The notes beneath the pieces were generated by a model. It was not told where the DNA came from. It saw only the letters and a list, made by a program, of their open reading frames with translations, and did no database searches. Made by a program: the position numbers and the translations under genes. 60,784 nt of DNA. Origin: Candidatus Micrarchaeota archaeon (GTDB lineage Archaea; Micrarchaeota; Micrarchaeia; Norongarragalinales; SBBD01). The stretch lies in assembly GCA_043803465.1 (NCBI GenBank), contig JAZDKC010000074.1, forward strand, positions 1-60,784, given 5' to 3'. The first letter of the stretch is position 1, and every line of letters starts with the position of its first letter. Shown here piece by piece: positions 48,180 through 56,182 of this stretch.

Positions 48180-48998
48180 TCAGTTGATTCCGGAGCTGCC
48201 CGGCAGCATCTGGAGCAGCTGTTCGTACGCGAGCTCGACCCCGTCGGCGCCGAGCTTGTGGATTATTGATTTGGCGACCTCCTTCTTTTCAATATCGCCG
48301 GGAATAATCGTCACCTTCTTGATCATTGCACGGGAGGAATGCATGAAATCAAAATAGCCGGGCACGACCGAGAGCTTTTCCACGTTGTTTATGCGTTCCA
48401 TAAGCATCATCAATTTCAGTTCAATGTTCTTGAACCATTTCTTCTCGCCCTTGATCATGAACCCGCCTTTCGGAACATATTCGCCTGTCGAATATTTGCT
48501 GACATGCTCCTTGTCCGTATAGAAAACATCGGCGACATTGATTCCCGCTTTCCAAGCCGAGGAATAGCATGCTGCGAATTGGGCCGCTTCCTTTAGGGAT
48601 TGGCCTTTTGCGCTCAGTCCATTCTTGAGTATCACGGCTGAAGCGCCATGGATGTCGGCGTGGAAGAACAAATCATTAGGCTCGAAGTATTTTGAGAAGA
48701 GGATGTCGTTTTGCTGTGCATCCCTTCCTGCGATCACAAGAAGCCCTTCGGAGGTAAAGAAGGTGTGGAATTTCTGGTACCATTCGCGCTGCTCAAGAAT
48801 GCGGATTTTCTTCTTGAAATCCTCTTTTTCCTTGTCTTGCGAAAATTTCAGGCGGTTCTTCTCGCTGTCGAGCTCCTTTTGAGTTCTCGCAATTTCCTTC
48901 TCGAGATTTTCCTTCCTCCTTTTCGCACCCTTGGACCTGCGGAAGAGCTCCTGCGCGTTCTCATTTGGGGTTTTCGTTAGGTCTAGCTCTACTTTCAT
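48180..48998 (-). CDS. NFACT-R (Rqc2/NEMF C-terminal) domain protein
   Basis: IAGRDAQQND, FHADIHGAS, AACYSSAWK, GEYVPKGGFMIKG. Confidence 0.88.
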   Translation of the reverse strand: MKVELDLTKTPNENAQELFRRSKGAKRRKENLEKEIARTQKELDSEKNRLKFSQDKEKEDFKKKIRILEQREWYQKFHTFFTSEGLLVIAGRDAQQNDILFSKYFEPNDLFFHADIHGASAVILKNGLSAKGQSLKEAAQFAACYSSAWKAGINVADVFYTDKEHVSKYSTGEYVPKGGFMIKGEKKWFKNIELKLMMLMERINNVEKLSVVPGYFDFMHSSRAMIKKVTIIPGDIEKKEVAKSIIHKLGADGVELAYEQLLQMLPGSSGIN

Positions 48999-49039
48999 TG
49001 CAAATCAGCTCCATTAATTGAAGTAAAGTTAACTTAATT

Positions 49040-49783
49040 ATGCTTTTAAATATGGCAACATATCAATTTTGGGATGTTCCCATGGAATTCAACTTGGACC
49101 TGATGAAAACGCTGTTCCCCCAAAGCGGGAAGCCGATGCACATGCTCAAATGGGGCTACCCCGAATCGCGGTACACAGCACCGGTCGGGGATATTGAAAA
49201 GAAAATCCCAATCCTCAAGAAGAGCTGCAAATTTTCTGGAGGGGGGGAGTTTATGGAGGAAGTGCATGCGAAGGAATACGGGCAGGGGGTTTTTGCTTAT
49301 TTCGTAGTGAGGACCGATAAGAAGACCGAGCAGGAGTCGATGTTTGCTGATGCTTATATGCTAAGGGAGGATGATAAGCTGGGGTTTGATGTGCAGCAGG
49401 CGTTCAAGATCTCGGAGGACCTCGATAAGATGGGATATAGGCATGCGTTCGACCGAGAGATCATCGTGTGGAGCTTCCGATCAATCGCAAAAACCGTGAA
49501 CGCGTTTTCAGTTGCGGATTTCGGCGATTTCATCGAAGTAGGATTGCCCGCAACGAAAATGAAAAGCATGCGGGATTTGGATGAGAAGTGGGTCTTTCCG
49601 TTCTTTGAAAGGCTCGGGATCAGGAAGGAGGAGGTGATCCCGACTGATTTGCTCACGCTGCAGCTCATGACAATGCTCCAGGCACAACAGGAAGCGGATG
49701 CGCAGCCAAAGGGAGGGGAAGCGAAGGGGAGGGGGGGGAAAGTGCTCGGAATGGGCGGCGGGCAAAAAGGCAACTTGTTCTAA
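49040..49783 (+). CDS. Degenerate CYTH-like domain protein
   Basis: LDKMGY....R..W, V.DFGDFIEV, F..LGI pattern of CyaB/CYTH, but no ExExK. Confidence 0.45.
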   Translation: MLLNMATYQFWDVPMEFNLDLMKTLFPQSGKPMHMLKWGYPESRYTAPVGDIEKKIPILKKSCKFSGGGEFMEEVHAKEYGQGVFAYFVVRTDKKTEQESMFADAYMLREDDKLGFDVQQAFKISEDLDKMGYRHAFDREIIVWSFRSIAKTVNAFSVADFGDFIEVGLPATKMKSMRDLDEKWVFPFFERLGIRKEEVIPTDLLTLQLMTMLQAQQEADAQPKGGEAKGRGGKVLGMGGGQKGNLF

Positions 49784-49792
49784 GGGGAGAAA

Positions 49793-51322
49793 ATGTCCTA
49801 TAAAAAGTACAACTGGAGCATAATCGCCTCCGACATCAATTCGCCGTTCTTCCGGAATTACATCTGGATAGGCTCGTTCTACAAGCAGGCGGAAATATTC
49901 GGCATAACTAGGGCGAAACTCGGGATATATTCGGCAAAAAACCAGATCGCATATGTAAGCGACATGGATTCATGGGAGCAGGCGCATCAGGGGCTGAGGC
50001 TTAAAATTGAGCAGGACTGCCATTTTCTGGATAAGCTGATAGATAGGACGAATGCAACGGGGGAGGCGTTCAACAGCTGGAGCGAAAAAAGCATCTGGAA
50101 GAGGGATTTGAAGAAACTCGAAAATGCCGAATTGATTGGATTGCTCAATGAATTCTCGGATAAGCAGGCGGAGATGTATGCGCTAGGCACTGCCATTCCA
50201 ATAATGGATTTCCAGGGGTTCGCATTCGTGGAGGGGAATCTGCAGAAATTCCTGAAAGAAAAGGTGCCTGAGGGGAAATATGCGGAATTCTACAAAATTT
50301 TTACCGAGCCAACTTACAATTCCTTTTCGCAGGACCAGGAGGAGGGCCTTTTCAAATTGATGGATAAATTTTTTGGAAAGGGAGATTGGAGGAAGGACGT
50401 GCTGAAATTCGATTTGGAGGATCTAAACCGGAAATATCCGGATTTCGCGACGGATTTGAGAAGGCACACGGAAAAATACGCATGGGTATATTATGCGTAT
50501 GCCGGCCCGGCATTCAAGGAGGAGCAGTTTTTGGAGTTCATAAGGGATTATTTGGTCAAGAAAGTCGAACCAGGGAAAAAGCTTAAGGAAATCGCAAGAA
50601 GGAAAAAGGAATTCCTAGTTGCAAAGAAAAAGCACATCAAAGCCCTAAAACCGGATGCGTTCAACCATGCGATCCTGAATCTTGCGGGCAAGGTCGTATG
50701 GGGGAAGCCGCGCAGAAAGGATTATCAGAGCCGTTCCTATTATCATTCGGAAAAATTGTTGATTGAAATCGGCAGACGGTTGGGGTTATCGTTAAACCAG
50801 GCCAGATCTGCGCCATTCGATGTGCTGGAAACGGGGCTTCTTGGAAAATCTGTCGATAGCGATTTGTGCAATAAGATTTTTGAGAAGCATTTGGTGCTGC
50901 CGAATGATGACGGAAAAATCTCCATACTTATTGGGAGGGAGGCTGATGAGTTTTTTGAGAGGGTGCCAAAACCCGTTGAAAATGTAAAACTGCATGCAAG
51001 CAGGGAGTTTCTGGGATCGTGCGCTTGCGCGGGTTTTGCGAAAGGAAGGGTAAAAATTATCAACCTGCCAGGCGACATGGAAAAGATGGAATACGGGGAT
51101 ATCCTGGTTTCCAAGGCGACTACGCCGCCGATTGTGACTGCGATGAAAAAAGCTGCCGCAATTGTGACTGATGAGGGCGGGCTCACGTGCCATGCGGCGA
51201 TTGTGAGCAGGGAGCTGAATATTCCGTGCGTTGTGGGGACGAAAATCGCGACTGCTGTGCTTAAGGATGGGGATCTGATTGAAGTTGATGCAACGAAAGG
51301 GCTAATTCGAATAAAAAAATAG
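49793..51322 (+). CDS. Helical domain + PEP-utilising swivelling phosphohistidine domain protein
   Basis: GDILVSKATTP, TDEGGLTCHAAIVSRELNIPCVVG; no ATP-grasp domain. Confidence 0.85.
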   Translation: MSYKKYNWSIIASDINSPFFRNYIWIGSFYKQAEIFGITRAKLGIYSAKNQIAYVSDMDSWEQAHQGLRLKIEQDCHFLDKLIDRTNATGEAFNSWSEKSIWKRDLKKLENAELIGLLNEFSDKQAEMYALGTAIPIMDFQGFAFVEGNLQKFLKEKVPEGKYAEFYKIFTEPTYNSFSQDQEEGLFKLMDKFFGKGDWRKDVLKFDLEDLNRKYPDFATDLRRHTEKYAWVYYAYAGPAFKEEQFLEFIRDYLVKKVEPGKKLKEIARRKKEFLVAKKKHIKALKPDAFNHAILNLAGKVVWGKPRRKDYQSRSYYHSEKLLIEIGRRLGLSLNQARSAPFDVLETGLLGKSVDSDLCNKIFEKHLVLPNDDGKISILIGREADEFFERVPKPVENVKLHASREFLGSCACAGFAKGRVKIINLPGDMEKMEYGDILVSKATTPPIVTAMKKAAAIVTDEGGLTCHAAIVSRELNIPCVVGTKIATAVLKDGDLIEVDATKGLIRIKK

Positions 51323-51354
51323 TCAATCTGATCGGCAATATCAGCAAAGCTAAA

Positions 51355-51777
51355 TTATGCGGCAATTGTTTTCGCGGCCTTCTCAAGCAGCTTCACACCG
51401 GTTTTCGTAATAATTCTTCCGGCCTTGCCTTTCTTGACCAAACCCGCTTTTTCCATCTGCTGCATGGCCAATCTGATAACCTTCCCGCCAGCTTTGCGGT
51501 GGTGCGCCCGCCCAACTGTATGCTGCGTCCTGCCGCCGTATTTCTGCTGCAGCCTGCGCACGCCGATCATGGGGCGCTTTGCAATCAGGAGAGTGCGCAG
51601 AATTGATGCGCACCTCTTGAAAAAGAAATCCTCGTCCTCGGGGACACGCTCGTTGTGCGAGCCGCTTTTTACCATCAAAACCCAATCCGGCGCCTTGATT
51701 TCGGGAATTGATTTGAGTTCCTTCGCAGTGGCATCAACCAGCTTGTTCGCAGACACTTCCAAACTCTTCATTGTCAT
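51355..51777 (-). CDS. rps19e: 30S ribosomal protein eS19
   Basis: PDWVLMVKSGSHNER.P, RCASILR, KYGG, GKVIRLAMQQMEKAG. Confidence 0.93.
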   Translation of the reverse strand: MTMKSLEVSANKLVDATAKELKSIPEIKAPDWVLMVKSGSHNERVPEDEDFFFKRCASILRTLLIAKRPMIGVRRLQQKYGGRTQHTVGRAHHRKAGGKVIRLAMQQMEKAGLVKKGKAGRIITKTGVKLLEKAAKTIAA

Positions 51778-51850
51778 AGATAATCTACCTAAAAATAGAA
51801 AATTAGGACTACTTTTGAGGAAAATAAGATATTTAAAGGCTTGTTTTAGG

Positions 51851-52309
51851 TCACAAATCGTGCTTTTCCCAAAGCCGCTCGTCCATCGCATGGGTCCAAT
51901 GCTTCAATTTTCCATTAATCATGAATGCTGGCTGCTCGCCGTATTTTTGCCGGAGCAGGTGGTAGCCGAATTCGTGCGCCAGATCGATAACGAATGCCAA
52001 TGGTTTTCTGGCAAGCTGCTCTTCAATATGGAGGACTCCGGGTTCAATATTGATGGTGGCATAATTTCTGGCGCCCGCCCTATTTTGGACTTCATTTTCC
52101 TTGACGAATTGCACCTTCAGGCCATGAAGTTCCGCCATCATCCTGATTAGCGCCGCAACTTCGTTCTTCTGGCTTTTGGGCTTGATTTCCCCCTCATGAA
52201 TCTGGCGCCTTAGGAGATGCAGCCTCTGGAGGACCGGGCTGCTGTGGTAAACCGCCTTGATTTTCAGTAGCGCATCGCGAGCCTCCGGGCTCAGTTCTTC
52301 GGCAGTCAT
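51851..52309 (-). CDS. Orphan with an ImmA/IrrE-like AHEFGYH motif
   Basis: FVIDLAHEFGYHLL; ATGA overlap with the rpp21 stop. Confidence 0.55.
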   Translation of the reverse strand: MTAEELSPEARDALLKIKAVYHSSPVLQRLHLLRRQIHEGEIKPKSQKNEVAALIRMMAELHGLKVQFVKENEVQNRAGARNYATINIEPGVLHIEEQLARKPLAFVIDLAHEFGYHLLRQKYGEQPAFMINGKLKHWTHAMDERLWEKHDL

Positions 52310-52599
52310 GCTTTTCGCCTGGAATAAGGATATTTCTTTTCTGCCTTGCAATTATTGCAGATGAAAATCACAGCTTTTTTGGAGGGCGCGATCCTGACCT
52401 TGAGCGTTTTTCCGTGGATGAAAATCGTGCTGCATTTCTTGCAGAAGAGTTTTGAGCCTAACGGAATCCTGTGCCTCATGGCGATTCGCCTGGCTAATTG
52501 CACATACCTTTTCGAGAGCGCCTTGTCGGAATCGTAGATCTCGGCAGCCATTTTGAGAAGCTTGCCGCACCTCCTCGAAGCAATCTGGTCCAGGTTCAT
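52306..52599 (-). CDS. rnp4: RNase P protein Rpp21
   Basis: RYVQLARRIAMR, FCKKC, C.NC....YP. Confidence 0.9.
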   Translation of the reverse strand: MNLDQIASRRCGKLLKMAAEIYDSDKALSKRYVQLARRIAMRHRIPLGSKLFCKKCSTIFIHGKTLKVRIAPSKKAVIFICNNCKAEKKYPYSRRKA

Positions 52600-52715
52600 A
52601 AAATTCACGAAATTTGCGATGCGTCCAGGGCATGGCGTTCAGCTGAAAAAAATAAATTCCGACCGACTCAAAGGTCATTCATAATTCCGAAAATGCCCGA
52701 TTCGCCGGAACAGCG

Positions 52716-54269
52716 TTAATGCCTGAAGTGCCGAATGCCGGTCGTTATCATCGCGATCTTGTGCTCGTCGGCAGCCGCAATTACCTCCGAATCCCTAATG
52801 GAGCCGCCGGGCTGTATGATTGCAGCTATCCCTGAGCTTGCGGCAAAATCAACCGTATCCCTGAATGGGAAGAATGCCTCTGATGCCATCACAGCGCCCT
52901 TGACGTCAAATTTGGCGCGCTTTGCCTTTTCAATGCATATCTGGCACGAATCCACACGGCTTTGCTGCCCCGCTCCGACAGCTAGCAGCTGCTCATCCGT
53001 TGCAAAAACAACGCAATTGCTCTTGATGTGGCCCATGAACGTCCACGCGAATTCGAGCGCCCGAAGCTCCTTCCCGGTAGGTTGCCTCTTCGTGACAATT
53101 TTGAATTTCTTCATGTCGAACTCCTTCTCCAAGTAATCCGGGCTTTGCACGAGCATTCCGCCGGTGATTGAGACGCGCTTTTTCTCCGCATAAATATCCG
53201 AAACCATGAATTTGCCAGAGGCCATCACGCGCAGGTTCTTCTTGGTCTTGAAAACCTCAAGAGCGGCCGCATCATATGCGGGCGCGACGACTATTTCCAT
53301 GAAATTCTTGATCATTTCCTCCGCAGTTGGCTTGTCGACCTTTTTATTGAATGCAACTATGCCGCCGAATGCGGAAAGTGAATCAGCAGCGTATGCCATT
53401 TTGAATGCCTCGAGCGGGGTTTTCGACCTTCCCGCTCCAGTAGGGTTGGTGTGCTTGAAGACTATCGCGACTGCTTCGCGCTCATCGCGGAAATGGTGTA
53501 TCAGCTCGAGCGACGCCTGGATGTCGAGAATATTGTTGTAGGAAAGCGCCTTGCCATTGAGCTTTTCGAGATCCCCATAAGTGAGGGGCGCATCCGCAAA
53601 ACTATAGCTCGCTGCCTTTTGGTGAGGGTTCTCGCCATATCGAAGGTCTTGTATCTTCTTGAGGTGGATAAAATCGGATTGCGGGAATTCCGCATTCTCT
53701 AATATTTTTCCGAGGTAATTTGCAATTGCGATGTCGTAGCCGGCAACATGATTGAATGCTTCAGCGGCAAGCTTTTTCCGGGCCTCAACGTCAAGCTTCC
53801 CGTGCTTCAGCTTTGCCGCAATGTCATCATACTGTTGGGGCGAGGTTATCACAACCACATCGTGGAAATTCTTTGCAGCTGCCCGGACTAACGCAGGCCC
53901 GCCGATATCGATTTGCTCCACTATCTCATCTAGCTTGTCGGTTTTTTTGATGGTTTGCTCGAATGGGTAGAAGTTCACGCAAACAAGATCGATGGCATAT
54001 TCGGATGCGATTGCAGCATGCTCAAGTTTATCCCGCCGGTACAATATTCCGCCATGGATCTTGGGGTGGAGGGTTTTTACCCTGCCCTCGAGAACCTCGG
54101 GTGAGCCGGTGAATTCGGAAACATCCTTGACCGGAAGCTTTGCATCCCGGAGTGCTTTTGCGGTATTGCCTGATGCAAGCAGCTCGTACCCCAAGGTATG
54201 GAGCGCAGTGGCGAAACGCACAATGCCCTGCTTGTCATGCACGCTCAGAAGCGCGCGTTTTGTTGCCAT
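52716..54269 (-). CDS. purH: Bifunctional AICAR formyltransferase/IMP cyclohydrolase
   Basis: GRVKTLHPKIHGGIL, IDIGGP, LRYGENPHQ, SEAFFPF, GIRHFRH. Confidence 0.96.
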   Translation of the reverse strand: MATKRALLSVHDKQGIVRFATALHTLGYELLASGNTAKALRDAKLPVKDVSEFTGSPEVLEGRVKTLHPKIHGGILYRRDKLEHAAIASEYAIDLVCVNFYPFEQTIKKTDKLDEIVEQIDIGGPALVRAAAKNFHDVVVITSPQQYDDIAAKLKHGKLDVEARKKLAAEAFNHVAGYDIAIANYLGKILENAEFPQSDFIHLKKIQDLRYGENPHQKAASYSFADAPLTYGDLEKLNGKALSYNNILDIQASLELIHHFRDEREAVAIVFKHTNPTGAGRSKTPLEAFKMAYAADSLSAFGGIVAFNKKVDKPTAEEMIKNFMEIVVAPAYDAAALEVFKTKKNLRVMASGKFMVSDIYAEKKRVSITGGMLVQSPDYLEKEFDMKKFKIVTKRQPTGKELRALEFAWTFMGHIKSNCVVFATDEQLLAVGAGQQSRVDSCQICIEKAKRAKFDVKGAVMASEAFFPFRDTVDFAASSGIAAIIQPGGSIRDSEVIAAADEHKIAMITTGIRHFRH

Positions 54270-54325
54270 ATTGCAAACGCAGCCCTGCCTAACCGTTAAG
54301 TTTATAAACCTGATTGCAGTAGAAA

Positions 54326-54368
54326 TGTCACGACAATGTCATGACAATAACAAAAGGTTGTCATGCGA
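54326..54368. promoter_or_regulatory. Three TGTCAYGACA-like palindromes next to the TATA box (54301)
   Basis: TGTCACGACA 54326, TGTCATGACA 54337, TGTCATGCGA 54359. Confidence 0.6.
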
Positions 54369-54424
54369 ACGAACGCACAACAAAACCCGCCTGAATAGAA
54401 ACGCAATGGAGGTTTAAAAGAGTT

Positions 54425-54898
54425 ATGGAGAACAAGGAAGAATTCGCCAAAGTCACGGAAGAATTCCAAAGGTTCCAAGAGCAGGTGAACAACCCGGTTT
54501 TCATAGCCACATTGATGCACAAACTAAGCGAGGAGCGAAGTTCCACCAATTTGCTGTTCAAGGAATTGAACCAGAAGCTGGATAGGCTTTTGGCGCTGGA
54601 GGACAAAATCAAGGCGCTGGAACAAAAGCTCGAAACCGCAAGCACAAAGGCGGCAACACCCATTGCGACACGTGATGCATTGCTTTTACCGAAAATTGAC
54701 GAGACAATCCTGAATTACGTGCAGAAAAAAGGCAAGGTTTGCGCCGAACAGGTGCAAATGAAGTTCAAGTACAAGGGAACGAACGCAGCCTCTTCGAGAT
54801 TGAATAGGCTCGTGAAGGAAGGCGTTCTTAGGAAGCAACAGGTAGGCAGGAAGGTATTCTTCCTTCCGACCCAGCTTTTCTTTCCGAAAGAAAAGTAG
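54425..54898 (+). CDS. Coiled-coil + winged-HTH protein (putative regulator)
   Basis: ILNYV..KGKV.A..V.......NAASSRLNRLVKEGVL.K..VGRKVFF. Confidence 0.75.
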   Translation: MENKEEFAKVTEEFQRFQEQVNNPVFIATLMHKLSEERSSTNLLFKELNQKLDRLLALEDKIKALEQKLETASTKAATPIATRDALLLPKIDETILNYVQKKGKVCAEQVQMKFKYKGTNAASSRLNRLVKEGVLRKQQVGRKVFFLPTQLFFPKEK

Positions 54899-55067
54899 GG
54901 TCGTTACAAAAGAAAGGAATTTGAGTTGAAAATAAAGGTAATTTCGGAACAAAATTGACACCATAGGCTTTGATAACCTAATTTAAAATGAAAAGCCGAC
55001 GGTTCAACCCACATGGGGGCGCTTCGGCGCCCCCACCCCTCTTTTATGACCCTAGAGGGAGGAACGC

Positions 55068-55166
55068 ATGAACCCGATTCCATGGATACGGCTGGGGCAG
55101 CTTATAGTTGTGATTGCGTTAATTGCCGCGCTATACTGGATCCTGGCAATTATCCTGAAATTCTGA
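55068..55166 (+). CDS. 32-aa single-TM peptide MNPIPWIRLGQLIVVIALIAALYWILAIILKF
   Basis: GGAGG 5 nt before ATG; hydrophobic helix; below the ORF-track size cutoff. Confidence 0.65.
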   Translation: MNPIPWIRLGQLIVVIALIAALYWILAIILKF

Positions 55167-55379
55167 TTCACGGAATGGCGGATGTGCCAGGCGGACCCGG
55201 CTTCCGGAACCGGATTTTCAAAAATCGGCCCACTGTTTGACAATTTCTCCGTCGCAATACGGAAAAAAAATAAAATATCGGAACCGATATGGGGAAAAAT
55301 TTTACGAGAGAGGATTATGGATTTTCAGGAAAAACCGCCATTTTCGGTTTTTTTTACGAGCGCCGCAAAAAGCTTTATA

Positions 55380-55459
55380 TATCCATCTATAGTATGTACT
55401 GCAGGTTTGAAATACAACCTATAGTATCCGAAGAGGCGCAAAATACCAACATTTAGTAC
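55380..55459. promoter_or_regulatory. Three NrdR-box-like operators with 32-bp spacing
   Basis: TATCCATCTATAGTAT 55380, ATACAACCTATAGTAT 55412, TACCAACATTTAGTAC 55444. Confidence 0.75.
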
Positions 55460-55488
55460 CCCTTACGCCTTTTTTTGCGGTGGTTAGA

Positions 55489-55959
55489 ATGCGATGCCCG
55501 TACTGCACACATATGGAAACGAAGGTTCTCGATTCAAGGGATGCGGAGGACCTGGCGGTTACAAGGCGCAGAAGGGAGTGCGAAAAGTGTGAGAAGCGTT
55601 TCACAACATATGAGCGGGTGGAATTCCTGGACTTGGTTGTCAGGAAGAAGGATGGCAAGACCGAGCCCTTTGACCGAAAGAAGATTGAAACGGGAATGCT
55701 CAAGGCGTGCGAGAAGCGGCCAATAAGCCGGGAGAAGATCGAGGAGCTCGTGGATGAGATGGAGCGCGACATCCGCAAGAAGGAGGGCACAGAGATCCCA
55801 ACACAGGAGATTGGGGAGCTTGTTATAGAGAAGCTCAAGAAGCTCGACAAGGTCGCATACATCAGGTTCGCAAGCGTGTACCGTGAATTCACGGACCTGA
55901 ATGAGTTTGAATCGGAAATGAAGAAATTGCTCAAGAAGAGCGAAAGAGTGGAGAAATGA
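55489..55959 (+). CDS. nrdR: Transcriptional repressor NrdR
   Basis: MRCPYC..TKVLDSR..RRRECEKCEKRFTTYE, ATP cone, VAYIRFASVYREF. Confidence 0.95.
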   Translation: MRCPYCTHMETKVLDSRDAEDLAVTRRRRECEKCEKRFTTYERVEFLDLVVRKKDGKTEPFDRKKIETGMLKACEKRPISREKIEELVDEMERDIRKKEGTEIPTQEIGELVIEKLKKLDKVAYIRFASVYREFTDLNEFESEMKKLLKKSERVEK

Positions 55960-56081
55960 AATGGCAAATATGAAGGGGTAAGGCGACACGATAGGGGAAA
56001 CGTAGTTGCCCCTCAGGTGTCATGAAGAAATTGCTCAAGAAGAGCGAAAGAGTGGAGAAATGAAATGGCAAATATGAAGGG
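55918..56081 (+). repeat. Perfect 60-bp duplication of the nrdR 3' end around a hairpin element (55975-56021)
   Basis: 55918-55977 = 56022-56081; element GGGGTAAGGCGACACGATAGGGGAAACGTAGTTGCCCCTCAGGTGTC. Confidence 0.93.
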
Positions 56082-56182
56082 ATTCGTTGGAGTTCAGGCA
56101 TTTTGCAGCGGAAATTGGGGGCCAGGTCCATGTTAATAAATACAATAATTCAGCAAATTCACGCACAGGGGGGTGATATTGC

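Noticed and set aside
567-56081. Shared TAM/PAM upstream of the duplicated targets
   Set aside because: Upstream flanks (GCCG, GCTG, CGTC, GGAA, GTAA) show no clear consensus, so a TnpB assignment is not established.
56082-56182. Cobalamin riboswitch before nrdJ
   Set aside because: No recognisable B12-box motifs.
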